The notes below the pieces were generated by a model. It was not told the DNA's origin. It searched no databases and saw only the letters and a program-made list of their open reading frames with translations. A stretch of 64,000 bases of DNA from an uncultured cyanobacterium (GTDB taxonomy: Bacteria > Cyanobacteriota > Cyanobacteriia > Cyanobacteriales > CAWUOF01): NCBI GenBank assembly GCA_963744145.1, contig CAVUSO010000001.1, forward strand, positions 1,216,001 through 1,280,000, in the 5' to 3' direction. Each line of letters opens with the position of its first letter. Positions within the stretch are counted from its first letter, which is position 1. A program made the position numbers and the translations under genes. Positions 10,501 to 21,897 of this stretch are shown here, in pieces.

Positions 10501-10975
10501 TAAAGTATTGGCGCATCAACTTGGTTGATGGATTGCTAAATGCGAAGATAAATTTTGAGCGATCTTGGTCTGAAAGTCTACCAACACCTAAAAAACCAGC
10601 TTTTTCATCGCCACAAAAAATATAGCTAATGGTAGGATAGGTCTGCATTTGCTGCCACATTTGCGCTTCACCTTTTACTCCGCTCACATCAATTACACCC
10701 CTAGCGAAAGCAGAAGCATTGATTCGGTTGATGGAGTAAGAAATTTCTGTATAGGATTGTAGTTTTTCCTCAATGCGATTCGATAATTCTGAGCGCAATT
10801 GACTCGCCACATGATTGACTGCTCGCTGTCCATTGCAGAAGGAAATATAGCCCACCAAACAAACCGCAGCCACGATTTGTAATACGAAGGGCACTAGCAG
10901 AGCGGTGCGGAGCCGAAATTTTAGGGATGTTTGGTTAACCTTAAAATCATTCAGACTATCTCTTGATTTAACCAT
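7595..10975 (-). CDS. Hybrid sensor kinase/adenylate cyclase copy 2; catalytic Arg replaced by His, VKGK changed to VNEK
   Basis: Same architecture; FADIR and IGDA intact; NLASHLE, RVNEKN. Confidence 0.93.
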   Translation of the reverse strand: MVKSRDSLNDFKVNQTSLKFRLRTALLVPFVLQIVAAVCLVGYISFCNGQRAVNHVASQLRSELSNRIEEKLQSYTEISYSINRINASAFARGVIDVSGVKGEAQMWQQMQTYPTISYIFCGDEKAGFLGVGRLSDQDRSKFIFAFSNPSTKLMRQYFNFDAQGNRTQPAGSFDTPYDPRLRPWYKAAKAAGQSVWSEIFLDFATFYPSATANMPVYSLTDKSLIGVCSTDFYLPQEMSNFLQGLSIGKTGTVFIVERSGQLIATSTPEPMLKGTGKNTIRLAAVDSPNPTIKATAQFLGDRFHNLNQIQSVQQIDFNLHDQKQYIQVVPFKNLNLDWLIVIIIPESDFMGQIYASTLNTVWLCLGAMSLAIVIGIYTARWVTHPILRVSQASNEMAQGHLDQHIGPSSIMEMDTLADSFNHMAGQLKNSFEKLETKNQELYHLDQLKDEFLANTSHELRTPLNGIIGIAESLIDGATGELPTTTQTNLQLIVSSGRRLASLINDILDFSKLRHHHLELKLTPVDLRAITQIVLTLSQPLAQQKNLQFINAIPEDLPNALADENRLQQILHNLIGNAIKFTPSGTIEVSAQVISSDQEELLAVTISDTGIGIAPDKFDQIFQSFEQAEGSTAREYGGTGLGLAVTKKLVEIHGGTITLQSQVGVGSKFTFTLPIASEKVKSAPPITVLRDSLTVELLTLTPRQKAVNFAADSQQFKILIVDDEPINRQVLINILSLANYTLTEACNGTEALAIIENGFIPDLILLDLMMPRMTGYEVCQKIRERFPAHELPIVILTAKNQTENIVEGFTLGANDYLTKPIQKQEMLARMRTHLNLAKLTLAYGRFVPRDFLNFLGKDSIIDVQIGNQSQQEMTVMFADIRSFTHLSEGMTPQDAFNFLNAYLIQVSPAIREHDGFIDKYIGDAIMALFPQSADGAVQAAISMQQKVALFNQERQQQGLVPIAIGIGLHTGNLMLGTIGEPERMETTVISDAVNLASHLEGLTKLYGVGIIISIHTLIRIEEIQHYSFRFLDRVRVNEKNDAVAIYEIYDLEAGLSHQLKTQTKSMFEAAVMAYNRQDFVGAQPVFEEILATNPQDQAAMLYVKRCQKYRLYGVPVGWDGVTDLDFN

Positions 10976-11146
10976 GTCTCGGGTAGTTGTTGAAAATAAA
11001 ATTAAGTCAATTCTATCAATGTACTCAGAAAAACTTTAGCGCTCTTATTGCAACTACATACCTAAAAATCAGATATTTTCTTCTCTAACTGAACTGGATT
11101 GACTCATAAGTTACTTTCTGCAAATAAATCAAAAAATTACTAAACA

Positions 11147-11176
11147 GCGATCGCGCATCAAGTTTGCCAATCCTGA
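11147..11176. repeat. 30-bp spacer repeat, identical to 18140-18169
   Basis: gcgatcgcgcatcaagtttgccaatcctga just downstream of the stops of copies 3 and 5. Confidence 0.9.
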
Positions 11177-11187
11177 ATTTTTGATAC

Positions 11188-14100
11188 TTACTTAAAATCT
11201 AAATCTGTTACACCATCCCAACCGACCGGAACTCCATACTGTCGATATTGGTGACAGCGTTTCACATACAGCACCGCTGCCTGATCTTCAGGATTAGTGG
11301 CTAATATTTCCTCAAATACGGGTTGCGCTCCGACAAAATCTTGGCGATTATAGGCCATCACTGCTGCTTCAAAAATACTCTTTGTTTGCGTCTTTAATTG
11401 ATTAGAAAATCCCCCATCTGTCTCATAGATTTCATAAATTGCCACTGCATCATTTTTGCCTTTCACCCGCACCCGATCGAGAAATCTAAAACTATAATGT
11501 TGAATTTGTTCAATCCGAACTAAAGTATGTACACTGATTAAGATCCCGACTCCATATAACTTGGTTAATCCTTCCAACCGTGAGGCTAAATTTACTGCAT
11601 CAGCAATTACTGTTGTCTCCATCCGTTCCGGTTCTCCAATGGTTCCTAACATTAAATTACCTGTATGTAAACCAATCCCAATCGCGATCGGCACTAATCC
11701 CTGTTGTTGTCGCTCTTGATTAAAAAGTGCGACTTTTTGCTGCATCGAAATTGCCGCTTGAACTGCCCCATCTGCGGATTGGGGAAATAGCGCCATAATC
11801 GCATCTCCAATATACTTATCAATAAAACCATCATGTTCTCTAATCGCCGGACTAACTTGACTTAAATAGGCATTAATAAAATTAAAATTCTCTTGAGGTG
11901 TCATCCCTTCTGATAGAGTAGTAAAGGAGCGAATATCGGCAAACATTACGGTCATTTCCTGCTGAATTTGGTTACCAATTTGGACATCAATAATGCTGTC
12001 TTTCCCTAAGAAGTTGAGAAAATCTCGCGGCACAAATCGCCCGTAAGCTAAAGTCAGTTTGGCTAAATTCAAATGAGTTTTCATCCGCGCCAGCATTTCC
12101 TGTTTTTGAATGGGTTTAGTCAAATAATCATTAGCACCTGATGTAAATCCATCCACAATATTTTCGGTTTGATTTTTCGCCGTCAGGATCACAATTGGCA
12201 ATTCATGAGCTGGAAAACGTTCGCGAATTTTCTGACAAACTTCATAACCAGTCATCCGGGGCATCATCAAATCTAGGAGGATCAAATCGGGGATAAAACC
12301 ATTTTCAATTGTGGCTAAAGCTTCTTCTCCATTACTGGCTTCAGTCAGGGTGTAATTATAAAGGGAAAGATTGTTAATTAAGACCTGACGATTAATCGGT
12401 TCGTCATCAACAATTAAGATTTTGAATTGTTGGTTGTCAGTGGCAATATTTACAGTTTTTTGAATGGAAGATAAAGCGATCGATTCAGGAACAAATTTGT
12501 TGCCAAGTGTGGCAATTGGTGACACTAATTTAGCTTTTTCTTGGGCAATAGGTAAGGTAAAAGTAAATTGTGAGCCTACTCCGACTTGTGATTCGATAGT
12601 AATTTCACCACCATGTAATTCGACGAGTTGTTTGGTAACAGCTAATCCCAATCCGGTGCCACCATATTCTCTCGCTGTCGAACCTTCCGCTTGTTCAAAG
12701 GATTGAAAGATCCGCTCGAAATTATCTTGGGCAATCCCAATTCCTGTATCCGAAATAGTGACAGCTAATACATCCTCTTGATTAGGAGATATCACTTTTG
12801 CCGAGACTTCGACAGTTCCAGATGGGGTGAATTTAATGGCATTGCCAATCAGGTTATAGAGAATTTGTTGTAAGCGATTTTCGTCGGCTTCCGCATGAGG
12901 TAAATCTTCAGGAATAGCGTTGATTAACTGTAAATTTTTCTGCTGGGCTAAAGGTTGACTGAGGGTGATAATAATATTAGTAATGGCTCTTAAATCAACA
13001 GGTGCTAATCGTAGTTCTAGGTTATTGTGTTTGAGTTTCGAGAAGTCAAGAATATCGTTAATTAAGCTGGCCAGACGGCGACCACTGGAGACTATTAATT
13101 GCAGGTTGCTTTGGGTAGTAGAAGGGAGTTCCCCCGTTGCGCCATCAATGAGTGATTCGGCAATACCAATAATCCCATTGAGAGGGGTGCGGAGTTCGTG
13201 GGATGTATTCGCTAAAAATTCGTCTTTAAGTTGGTCGAGATGATGTAGTTCTTCATTTTGATTAGCTAGAGTTTCTTTTTGAACTTCGAGGGTAGTAAAA
13301 GATTGCTTGAGTTGTACCGCCATGCTATTGAAGGACTGTTCTAGGGTTTCAATTTCTTCAATTTCAATTGCATCACTTATTTCTAGCTGTTGATCCAGAT
13401 TTCCTTTGGCAAGTTCTTGAGAGGCTTGAGTTAATTTGAGAATGGGTTTAGTAATTAAACGTGCTGTGAAGATGCCAATTAAAATTGCTACTCCCAATGC
13501 TGCCAAGGTTAACCAAATTGTGTTACGGGTATTAGTATTGATTTGCTCCATAAAATCTGACTCTGGTACAATCACCACAATCAGCCAGTTTAATCCTTCG
13601 TTATCTTGATAGGGGACTACTTGTAAAAATCGCTGCTGCCCTGCTATTTCAACATTAAGATTTTGCAACTTTTGAATTTGCTTAAAGCTGTCAAATTGCT
13701 TGATTAGATATATGGCTGTTTCTTGAGTAACAGAGTCGCTACTTTCTATAGCTTTGAAAAGTTCTCCTTTATTATTGTTGAATCGAACTAGATTTTCAGA
13801 GGTAGAAGTTGCAACTAATACTCCTTCCTGGGTGATCACAAATGTCTGCCCTGATTTACCCACTTTTAAACTCTGCAAAAATTGTGAGATGCTATCTAGG
13901 CGTAAAGTTACGTTCAAGACTCCTTCTAACTGACCATTTTGCGTGTAGACGGGTTGTACCGCACTGATTTGCATTTTGGGTTCAGTAAATGAAATCTCAA
14001 CTTGACTCCAAGATTTTTTCCCAGCTTTAACCCCATCTTGATACCAAAGTCTTTTTCGCCCATCAAAGTTTTTTATTACCCTAGAAACTTTAGTTGTATC

Positions 14101-14574
14101 GCCTTTTTCAGTAGCATTCCAAGCATAAAAATTAAAATTGGTAGATTCGTTACATAGGTTGAAAAGCAAAGTTTCATCTGCCAGTCTTTGTCCTGATATT
14201 ACATTTCCTTTGTTATTAACAAATGCAATAAAATCCAAGTTGGGGTATGACATCAGTTCTGGCCAAAAATATCTTTTTAAATTCATTAATTCCCGTAAGT
14301 TCAACCCCATATTTACAGCATTTAGGTTAATTTGATTGATTTGATGGGGAATCGCCAGGTAAGCTTTTATGTTTTGTTGAATGCGATCGGTAATTTCGTT
14401 TTGTACTTGACTAGCAACTTCATAAACAGCTCTTTGTCCGTTTTTAAAGGAGAGATATCCTACCAACCCCACAGCCCCAACAATTTGCAAAATAAACGGG
14501 ATAATCAGAACTGTTCGCAAGGGAAGTTTCCCTAAAACAGTTCCCACTTGGCGATTTATAATGTTGATAGACAT
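11188..14574 (-). CDS. Hybrid sensor kinase/adenylate cyclase copy 3
   Basis: All kinase, REC and cyclase motifs intact; ATG 14574 with GAGGGA RBS preferred over TTG 14661. Confidence 0.93.
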   Translation of the reverse strand: MSINIINRQVGTVLGKLPLRTVLIIPFILQIVGAVGLVGYLSFKNGQRAVYEVASQVQNEITDRIQQNIKAYLAIPHQINQINLNAVNMGLNLRELMNLKRYFWPELMSYPNLDFIAFVNNKGNVISGQRLADETLLFNLCNESTNFNFYAWNATEKGDTTKVSRVIKNFDGRKRLWYQDGVKAGKKSWSQVEISFTEPKMQISAVQPVYTQNGQLEGVLNVTLRLDSISQFLQSLKVGKSGQTFVITQEGVLVATSTSENLVRFNNNKGELFKAIESSDSVTQETAIYLIKQFDSFKQIQKLQNLNVEIAGQQRFLQVVPYQDNEGLNWLIVVIVPESDFMEQINTNTRNTIWLTLAALGVAILIGIFTARLITKPILKLTQASQELAKGNLDQQLEISDAIEIEEIETLEQSFNSMAVQLKQSFTTLEVQKETLANQNEELHHLDQLKDEFLANTSHELRTPLNGIIGIAESLIDGATGELPSTTQSNLQLIVSSGRRLASLINDILDFSKLKHNNLELRLAPVDLRAITNIIITLSQPLAQQKNLQLINAIPEDLPHAEADENRLQQILYNLIGNAIKFTPSGTVEVSAKVISPNQEDVLAVTISDTGIGIAQDNFERIFQSFEQAEGSTAREYGGTGLGLAVTKQLVELHGGEITIESQVGVGSQFTFTLPIAQEKAKLVSPIATLGNKFVPESIALSSIQKTVNIATDNQQFKILIVDDEPINRQVLINNLSLYNYTLTEASNGEEALATIENGFIPDLILLDLMMPRMTGYEVCQKIRERFPAHELPIVILTAKNQTENIVDGFTSGANDYLTKPIQKQEMLARMKTHLNLAKLTLAYGRFVPRDFLNFLGKDSIIDVQIGNQIQQEMTVMFADIRSFTTLSEGMTPQENFNFINAYLSQVSPAIREHDGFIDKYIGDAIMALFPQSADGAVQAAISMQQKVALFNQERQQQGLVPIAIGIGLHTGNLMLGTIGEPERMETTVIADAVNLASRLEGLTKLYGVGILISVHTLVRIEQIQHYSFRFLDRVRVKGKNDAVAIYEIYETDGGFSNQLKTQTKSIFEAAVMAYNRQDFVGAQPVFEEILATNPEDQAAVLYVKRCHQYRQYGVPVGWDGVTDLDFK

Positions 14575-14707
14575 AATAGAATTTCCCTCAATTGAATACT
14601 TTTTTTTGGCTACTAAGGAAAGAGAAATAGTCAACTCAGCTAATACTTGACAATAATTCAAGGGAATATTTATAGTTAAGCTGAAACAATCAATATTGTC
14701 TTGCCCA

Positions 14708-17700
14708 TTACTTAAAATCCAAATCCGTCACACCATCCCAACCGACCGGAACTCCATACTCTAAATATTGTTGACAGCGTTTCACATACAGCATCGCTGC
14801 CTGATCTTGAGGATTAGTGGCTAATATTCCCGTAAATACAGGTTGTGCCCCCACAAAATCCTGGCGATTATAAGCCATCACCGCGGCTTCAAACCTACTC
14901 TTAGTTTGCGTCTTTAATTGATGAGATAATCCCTCTTCTGGATCATAGATTTCATAAATAGCCACCGCATCATTTTTCCCTTTCACTCGGACTCGATCGA
15001 GAAATCTAAAACTATAATGCTGAATCTCTTCAATCCGAACTAAAGTATGTACACTGATTAAGATCCCGACTCCATATAACTTGGTTAATCCTTCCAACCG
15101 CGAAGCTAAATTCACTGCATCTGAAATTACGGTAGTTTCCATTCGTTCCGGTTCTCCAATCGTTCCTAACATTAAATTACCTGTATGTAAACCAATCCCA
15201 ATCGCGATCGGCACTAATCCCTGTTGTTGTCGCGCTTGATTAAAAAGTGCGACTTTTTGCTGCATCGAAATTGCCGCTTGAACTGCTCCATCTGCGGACT
15301 GGGGAAATAAAGCCATAATGGCATCCCCAATATACTTATCAATAAACCCATCATGTTCTCTAATCGCCGGACTAACTTGACTTAAATAGGCATTAATAAA
15401 ATTAAAATTCTCTTGAGGTGTCATCCCTTCTGATAGAGTAGTAAAGGAGCGAATATCGGCAAACATTACGGTCATTTCTTGCTGAATTTGGTTACCAATT
15501 TGGACATCAATAATGCTGTCTTTCCCTAAGAAGTTGAGAAAATCTCGCGGCACAAATCGTCCATAAGCTAACGTTAGTTTGGCTAAGTTCAAATGAGTTT
15601 TCATTCGCGCTAGCATTTCCTGTTTTTGAATCGGTTTAGCCAAATAGTCATTGGCACCGGATGTAAATCCCTCTACTATATTTTCAGTTTGATTTTTGGC
15701 TGTTAAAATGACAATGGGCAGTTCATGAGCTGGAAAACGTTCGCGAATTTTCTGACAAACTTCATAACCAGTCATCCGGGGCATCATCAAATCTAGGAGG
15801 ATCAAATCGGGGATCAACCCATTTTCGATAGTGGCTAAAGCTTCCGCTCCATTACTGGCTTCAGTTATGGTATAATTGTAAAGAGAAAGAATATTAATTA
15901 AGACCTGACGATTAATCGGTTCGTCATCCACGATTAAGATTTTAAATTGTTGGTTACCAGTAGCAAAATTAACGGCTTTTTGAATGGGTGCTAAGGTGGG
16001 TAATTCAGAAATAATGCTGTCACGGAGTACAGCAATTGGTGGAACTGATTTAACTTTTTCTGAGGAAATGGGTAAAGTAAAGGTAAATTGCGAGCCAATT
16101 CCGATTTGTGACTGAACAGTAATTTTACCACCATGTATTTCCACAAGTTGTTTGGTCACAGCTAATCCCAATCCAGTACCGCCATATTCCCTAGCTGTGG
16201 AACCTTCCGCTTGTTCAAAGGATTGAAAAATCTGCTCAAACTTATCTTGAGCAATGCCAATACCTGTATCGGAAATAGTCACAGCTAATACCTCCTCTTG
16301 GTCAGTAGATATCACTTGTGCAGAAACTTCAATAGTCCCTGATGGAGTAAATTTAATGGCATTACCAATCAGGTTATGCAGAATTTGTTGTAAGCGATTT
16401 TCGTCGGCATTAGCATTGGGTAAGTCTTCGGGAATAGCGTTGATTAGTTGTAAATTTTTCTGGTAGGCTAAAGGTTGACTAAGAGTAAGAATAATCTGAG
16501 TAATCGCTCTTAAATCGACGGGCGCTAATCGAAGTTTGATGTTCTGGTGTCGGAGTTTGGAAAAGTCAAGAATATCGTTAATTAAGCTGGTCAGACGACG
16601 ACCACTAGAAACAATTAGTTGCAAGTTGGTTTGGGTGGTAGAAGGGAGTTCTCCTGTGGCACCATCAATGAGTGATTCCGCAATACCAATAATCCCATTT
16701 AGAGGAGTACGGAGTTCATGGGAGGTATTTGCTAAAAATTCGTCTTTGAGTTGGTCAAGATGATGTAGTTCTTCATTTTGATGGGCGAGGGTTTCTTTTT
16801 GAATTTCCAGGGTAGTAAAGGATTGCTTGAGTTGGGTCGCCATGCTATTAAAGGACTGTTCTAGAGTTTCAATTTCTTCAATTTCAATCAAGTCCTTGAT
16901 ATCGACTTGTTGATCGAGGTTACCATCCGCAAGTTCTTGAGAAGCTTTGGTTAGTCTCAGAATCGGATTGGTAATAGTTCGGGTAGTAAGGATGCCAACA
17001 GCGATCGCGACTAGCATAGCGAGAAAGCATAACAGTGCAGTTCTCTGAGCGTGTTGGTTAATTTGAGCGAGAAAATCTGATTTAGGAATGGTGATCACAA
17101 TGGTCAATGACAAACCGAGTTCGTCTTGGAAGGGAATCGCTGTCAGAAAGTATGGTTCTCCCTTAACTTTAAAGGTCAATTTTTTGGAGCCTTTCAGCTT
17201 ACTTAAATCACCCATTTGTTGGCGCAATTCTTCACCTGCTGCTCGCAGAATAGGAGAGGGTGTATCAAACATTGTCAGCCGTTGTAAATCGGTGCTATTG
17301 GCGCTATTACTATCTTTGAAAACGGATTCTCTAGTTGAATTAGTCACCAGCGATCCATTAGGTTCAACAATATAAATTTTGGCTCCAGGAGATATTTTTA
17401 TGGTTTCTAAAAACTGGGTAAATCTGAGACTGATCAGGCTACCTAATACTGCCTGAAGTTCTCCGGTAGTATGATCATAGAGGGGCAACACGGCAGCTAT
17501 CAATAAATCTTTAGCCACAATCGATGGATAAATAGAAGTCCAAGTTGCTTTTTTAGCAGCTACTGCTGTTTTATAGGGAAGACGTTCTTTTGGCAGTACA
17601 TTTTTAAAAGATTCTACTAACTGGGCTCGATTACCTGCGGAGTCCACCTTGTAGATCCGATAGAGTGATTGATCGCTACCGTCAGCAATCAGTAAACCCC

Positions 17701-18100
17701 AGTAGAGAGGATCAGATGTACCGAATAATCCCGAACTGACAAAATCTCCCTGTGCATTAATCACCTGGAGACCATATACTTCTGGAAATTGCTGGTTTTG
17801 CAGGGTAAGATAGCGTTCTAACTTCGATAAATCATTGATATTTATCTGTCCCAATTCTACCGCATTGGCATTGAGACGATTAATTTTCGGCGGAATTTTC
17901 AGGTAATTTTCGAGATATAAGGAAACCCGATCGCCTGCTGCACTCATTAATCGATTGGCTAGTTCTTCTACTGCTTGTTGTCCATTTCTGTAGGAGAGAT
18001 AACCTACCAGCCCAACAGCAGCAACAATTTGGATTACAAAGGGTACGACGATCGCGGTATGGAGACGGAATTTTTGACGGATAGGTTTGGTAAAGCTCAT
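14708..18100 (-). CDS. Hybrid sensor kinase/adenylate cyclase copy 4
   Basis: Motifs intact; divergent dCache-like sensor. Confidence 0.93.
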   Translation of the reverse strand: MSFTKPIRQKFRLHTAIVVPFVIQIVAAVGLVGYLSYRNGQQAVEELANRLMSAAGDRVSLYLENYLKIPPKINRLNANAVELGQININDLSKLERYLTLQNQQFPEVYGLQVINAQGDFVSSGLFGTSDPLYWGLLIADGSDQSLYRIYKVDSAGNRAQLVESFKNVLPKERLPYKTAVAAKKATWTSIYPSIVAKDLLIAAVLPLYDHTTGELQAVLGSLISLRFTQFLETIKISPGAKIYIVEPNGSLVTNSTRESVFKDSNSANSTDLQRLTMFDTPSPILRAAGEELRQQMGDLSKLKGSKKLTFKVKGEPYFLTAIPFQDELGLSLTIVITIPKSDFLAQINQHAQRTALLCFLAMLVAIAVGILTTRTITNPILRLTKASQELADGNLDQQVDIKDLIEIEEIETLEQSFNSMATQLKQSFTTLEIQKETLAHQNEELHHLDQLKDEFLANTSHELRTPLNGIIGIAESLIDGATGELPSTTQTNLQLIVSSGRRLTSLINDILDFSKLRHQNIKLRLAPVDLRAITQIILTLSQPLAYQKNLQLINAIPEDLPNANADENRLQQILHNLIGNAIKFTPSGTIEVSAQVISTDQEEVLAVTISDTGIGIAQDKFEQIFQSFEQAEGSTAREYGGTGLGLAVTKQLVEIHGGKITVQSQIGIGSQFTFTLPISSEKVKSVPPIAVLRDSIISELPTLAPIQKAVNFATGNQQFKILIVDDEPINRQVLINILSLYNYTITEASNGAEALATIENGLIPDLILLDLMMPRMTGYEVCQKIRERFPAHELPIVILTAKNQTENIVEGFTSGANDYLAKPIQKQEMLARMKTHLNLAKLTLAYGRFVPRDFLNFLGKDSIIDVQIGNQIQQEMTVMFADIRSFTTLSEGMTPQENFNFINAYLSQVSPAIREHDGFIDKYIGDAIMALFPQSADGAVQAAISMQQKVALFNQARQQQGLVPIAIGIGLHTGNLMLGTIGEPERMETTVISDAVNLASRLEGLTKLYGVGILISVHTLVRIEEIQHYSFRFLDRVRVKGKNDAVAIYEIYDPEEGLSHQLKTQTKSRFEAAVMAYNRQDFVGAQPVFTGILATNPQDQAAMLYVKRCQQYLEYGVPVGWDGVTDLDFK

Positions 18101-18175
18101 AATTTAATTTCTTCAAATAAATTAAAAAATTGTTAAGCTGCGATCGCGCATCAAGTTTGCCAATCCTGATGATGT

Positions 18176-21100
18176 TTATTTAAAATCTAAATCTGTTACC
18201 CCATCCCAGTCTAGCGGAACTCCATACTGTAAATATTGTTGACATCGCTTTACATATAACATCGCTGCCTGATCTTCCGGATTAGTAGCTAATATTGAGG
18301 TAAATACAGGTTGCGCCCCCAGGAAATCCTGGCGATTATAAGCCATTACTGCTGCTTCAAACCTACTTTTAGTTTCTGTCTTTAATTGATGGGATAATCC
18401 CTCTTCTGGATCATAGATTTCATAAATTGCCACCGCATCATTTTTCCCTTTCACTCGGACTCGATCGAGAAATCTAAAACTATAATGCTGAATCTCTTCA
18501 ATCCGAACTAAGGTATGGACACTGATTAAGATTCCAGCTCCATATAACTTGGTTAATCCTTCCAACCGCGAAGCTAAATTCACTGCATCTGAAATTACGG
18601 TAGTTTCCATTCGTTCCGGTTCTCCAATAGTTCCTAACATTAAATTCCCCGTATGTAAACCAATCCCAATTGCGATCGGCACTAATCCCTGTTGTTGTCG
18701 CGCTTGATTAAAAAGTGCGACTTTTTGCTGCATCGAAATTGCGGCTTGAACTGCCCCATCTGCGGACTGGGGAAATAAAGCCATAATCGCATCCCCAATA
18801 TACTTATCAATAAACCCATCATGTTCTCTAATCGCCGGACTAACTTGACTTAAATAGGCATTAATAAAATTAAAATTCTCTTGGGGTGTCATCCCTTCTG
18901 ACAGGTTAGTAAAGGAGCGAATATCGGCAAACATTACGGTCATTTCTTGCTGAGTTTGATTGCCAATTTGGACATCAATAATGCTTTCTTTCCCTAGAAA
19001 ATTGAGAAAATCTCGCGGTACAAATCGCCCGTAAGCTAAAGTAAGTTTAGCTAAGTTCAAATGAGTTTTCATTCGCGCTAGCATTTCCTGTTTTTGAATC
19101 GGTTTAGCCAAATAATCATTGGCACCGGATGTAAATCCCTCTACTATATTTTCAGTTTGATTTTTGGCCGTCAGCATCACAATTGGCAATTCATGGGCCG
19201 GAAAACGTTCGCGAATTTTCTGACAAACTTCATAACCAGTCATCCGGGGCATCATCAAATCTAGGAGGATTAAATCCGGAATAAAACCATTTTCAATTGT
19301 GGCTAAAGCTTCTTCTCCATTACTGGCTTCAGTTATGGTATAATTATAAAGAGAAAGGTTGTTGATTAGGACTTGACGATTAATCGGTTCGTCATCCACG
19401 ATTAAAATTTTGAATAGTTGATCGTCAGTAGCAAGATTAACGGCTTTTTGGATAGGAGCTAAAGTGATTAATTCAGAACTAATCCGATTGTGGAGTGCCA
19501 TAATTGGTGAAACTGACTTAACTTTTTCTGTGGCAATGGGTAAAGTAAAGGTGAATTGTGAACCAACTCCGATTTGCGACTGGAGCGTAATTTTACCACC
19601 ATGTATTTCCACAAGTTGTTTGGTCACAGCTAGTCCCAATCCGGTGCCACCATATTCTCTAGCAGTCGAACCTTCCGCTTGTTCAAAGGATTGAAAGATG
19701 CGCTCAAACTTATCTTCAGCAATGCCAATTCCTGTATCCGAAATGGTGATAGCTAATACACTCTCTTGGTGAGAAGATATCACTTGTGCAGAAACTTTAA
19801 CAGTGCCCGATGGGGTAAATTTAATGGCATTACCAATTAGGTTGTGGAGAATTTGTTGTAAACGATTTTCGTCAGCCTCCGCATTAGGTAAGTCTTCCGG
19901 AATAGCGTTAATTAGTTGCAAATTTTTCTGGTAGGCTAAAGGTTGGCTGAGGGTGAGAACAATCTGAGTAATGGCTCTTAAATCGACAGGTGTTAATCGG
20001 AGTTCAAGGTTCTTCTGTTTGAGTTTAGAGAAGTCAAGAATATCGTTAATTAAGCTGGCCAGACGGCGACCACTGGAAACAATTAATTGTAGGTTAGTTT
20101 GGGTAGTGGAAGGGAGTTCTCCTGTTGCACCATCAATGAGTGATTCCGCAATGCCAATAATCCCATTTAAAGGAGTGCGGAGTTCATGGGAGGTATTCGC
20201 TAAAAATTCATCTTTAAGTTGGTCAAGATGATGCAGTTCTTCATTTTTATGAGCGAGGGTTTCTTTTTGAGATTCAAGGGTATTAAAGGATTGTTTAAGT
20301 TGTGCAGCCATGCTATTAAATGACTGCTCTAGGGTCTCAATTTCTTCAATTTCGAGGACATCGATCGTTTCTACCTGTTGATCAAGATTACCTTCGGCTA
20401 GTTCCTTAGAAGCTTGGGTTAATTTGAGAATGGGGTGAGTAATCAAACTTGCTGTAAAAATACCGATCGCGATCGCTACTCCTAAAGCTATCAAAGTTAA
20501 CCAAATTGTGTTGCGAGTATTGGCGTCAATTTGGGCCATGAAATCTGCTTCTGGTATAACTACCACAATTAACCAATCGATTCCTTTACCGTCATTCAAC
20601 GGCAATACTTGTACATACTGTCGTTCATTCTGTAACTGATAGTCCAATTGTTGCGATCGCTCAATTTTCTCAAAGCTACCAAATTGTTTTTGCAAATATC
20701 GTGCAGTTTCACGCACACGGGATTCGACGCTTTCTGTAGCTAAAATGAGTTTAGCATCTTTACCCTGACCGACGGTCAATGCTTCGTTTGTTGAACTGGA
20801 AAGCAGAGTACCTGTACGATCAATGATAAAAGCTCGTCCTGTCTTTCCAATCGAAAGGTTTGCCAAAAACTTCCTTAAATCGTCCAGTAATACTACATCA
20901 GTGGCACAAACACCCAAAATATTTTGCCCTGATTCATCATATATTGGTTCACTAGCAGTAATTGTGGGGAGACCACTAGCAAAATCTAAATATACCTCAC
21001 TCCAAGTTGATCGCTTGGCAGTGAGAGCAGCAATATACCAGGGACGTTTACGGGGGTCATAGGGTTTGAGTTTTTCCAAGAGTTGTTGTTTATTGCCCCG

Positions 21101-21559
21101 ACGATCCATTGCATAAAAATAAAAGTTGTAATCAGTTTCTTGATTACTTACAGACATGGCAATGGTTGGCAAATTATGATAAAGAAAGCGATAAGCACCT
21201 AAGTATTGCCCTTGGGAATCACCGCAGTAAGATGAATAAATAAAAGGAGAAATCTGCACTTGAGTGAGAAATTGTTTACCATTGCTGGCATTTGTCATAT
21301 CAAATTCACCCTCAGCAAATGTCGCTGCATTGAGCTGATTGAAAGTATGAGGACTCTCAAGATATTTCCTCAGTTCTCCATCAATCCGAGCTGTAAGTTC
21401 GTTCCGCAATTGGGTTGCTAAGTCATTGACAGCTTTTTGGCTAGTGCGGAAAGAGAGATAGCCCACTAAACCAGCAGCAGCCACAATTTGCAGAACAAAT
21501 GGCACTACCAGGGTAGTACGAAGACGGAATTTTCGGGGGATAGGTTTGTTAATGCTCAT
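18176..21559 (-). CDS. Hybrid sensor kinase/adenylate cyclase copy 5
   Basis: Motifs intact; sensor has YDPRKRPWY...VY...TD. Confidence 0.93.
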   Translation of the reverse strand: MSINKPIPRKFRLRTTLVVPFVLQIVAAAGLVGYLSFRTSQKAVNDLATQLRNELTARIDGELRKYLESPHTFNQLNAATFAEGEFDMTNASNGKQFLTQVQISPFIYSSYCGDSQGQYLGAYRFLYHNLPTIAMSVSNQETDYNFYFYAMDRRGNKQQLLEKLKPYDPRKRPWYIAALTAKRSTWSEVYLDFASGLPTITASEPIYDESGQNILGVCATDVVLLDDLRKFLANLSIGKTGRAFIIDRTGTLLSSSTNEALTVGQGKDAKLILATESVESRVRETARYLQKQFGSFEKIERSQQLDYQLQNERQYVQVLPLNDGKGIDWLIVVVIPEADFMAQIDANTRNTIWLTLIALGVAIAIGIFTASLITHPILKLTQASKELAEGNLDQQVETIDVLEIEEIETLEQSFNSMAAQLKQSFNTLESQKETLAHKNEELHHLDQLKDEFLANTSHELRTPLNGIIGIAESLIDGATGELPSTTQTNLQLIVSSGRRLASLINDILDFSKLKQKNLELRLTPVDLRAITQIVLTLSQPLAYQKNLQLINAIPEDLPNAEADENRLQQILHNLIGNAIKFTPSGTVKVSAQVISSHQESVLAITISDTGIGIAEDKFERIFQSFEQAEGSTAREYGGTGLGLAVTKQLVEIHGGKITLQSQIGVGSQFTFTLPIATEKVKSVSPIMALHNRISSELITLAPIQKAVNLATDDQLFKILIVDDEPINRQVLINNLSLYNYTITEASNGEEALATIENGFIPDLILLDLMMPRMTGYEVCQKIRERFPAHELPIVMLTAKNQTENIVEGFTSGANDYLAKPIQKQEMLARMKTHLNLAKLTLAYGRFVPRDFLNFLGKESIIDVQIGNQTQQEMTVMFADIRSFTNLSEGMTPQENFNFINAYLSQVSPAIREHDGFIDKYIGDAIMALFPQSADGAVQAAISMQQKVALFNQARQQQGLVPIAIGIGLHTGNLMLGTIGEPERMETTVISDAVNLASRLEGLTKLYGAGILISVHTLVRIEEIQHYSFRFLDRVRVKGKNDAVAIYEIYDPEEGLSHQLKTETKSRFEAAVMAYNRQDFLGAQPVFTSILATNPEDQAAMLYVKRCQQYLQYGVPLDWDGVTDLDFK

Positions 21560-21656
21560 AACTCGGTTTTTTTTGTTACTATTAACGGGTTAGCCTTTTT
21601 GATGTATTCCTTCAAGACCTCAAGATCAAACTCCGGTAACTATTCGCTTTTTTAAG

Positions 21657-21809
21657 CAATATCCCGATTAAAATCCCAACAGCTAATTTCCCAGAAGAAG
21701 TGTGAAGCATTCGGATCTAATGTTACTCTTATAATCGCTCAATTTTCGCCCGAATGCTATGCCTCCGGCACGCTACGCAAACACCCCTACACTTAATTGA
21801 ACTATTTTG
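21657..21809. mobile_element. Degenerate Nezha-like MITE with 24-bp insert
   Basis: gaagcattcgg...cccgaatgct hairpin, right TIR cttaattgaactattttg, insert atgcctccggcacgctacgcaaac at 21759-21782; left end degenerate. Confidence 0.6.
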
Positions 21810-21897
21810 CACTAAAAAAGAAGTGATTAGCTAGTTGCATAAAATTCTTCTTTTGATAGGAGTTAATTTTAATATTCTGGTGCTTGATTTTTGCTAC

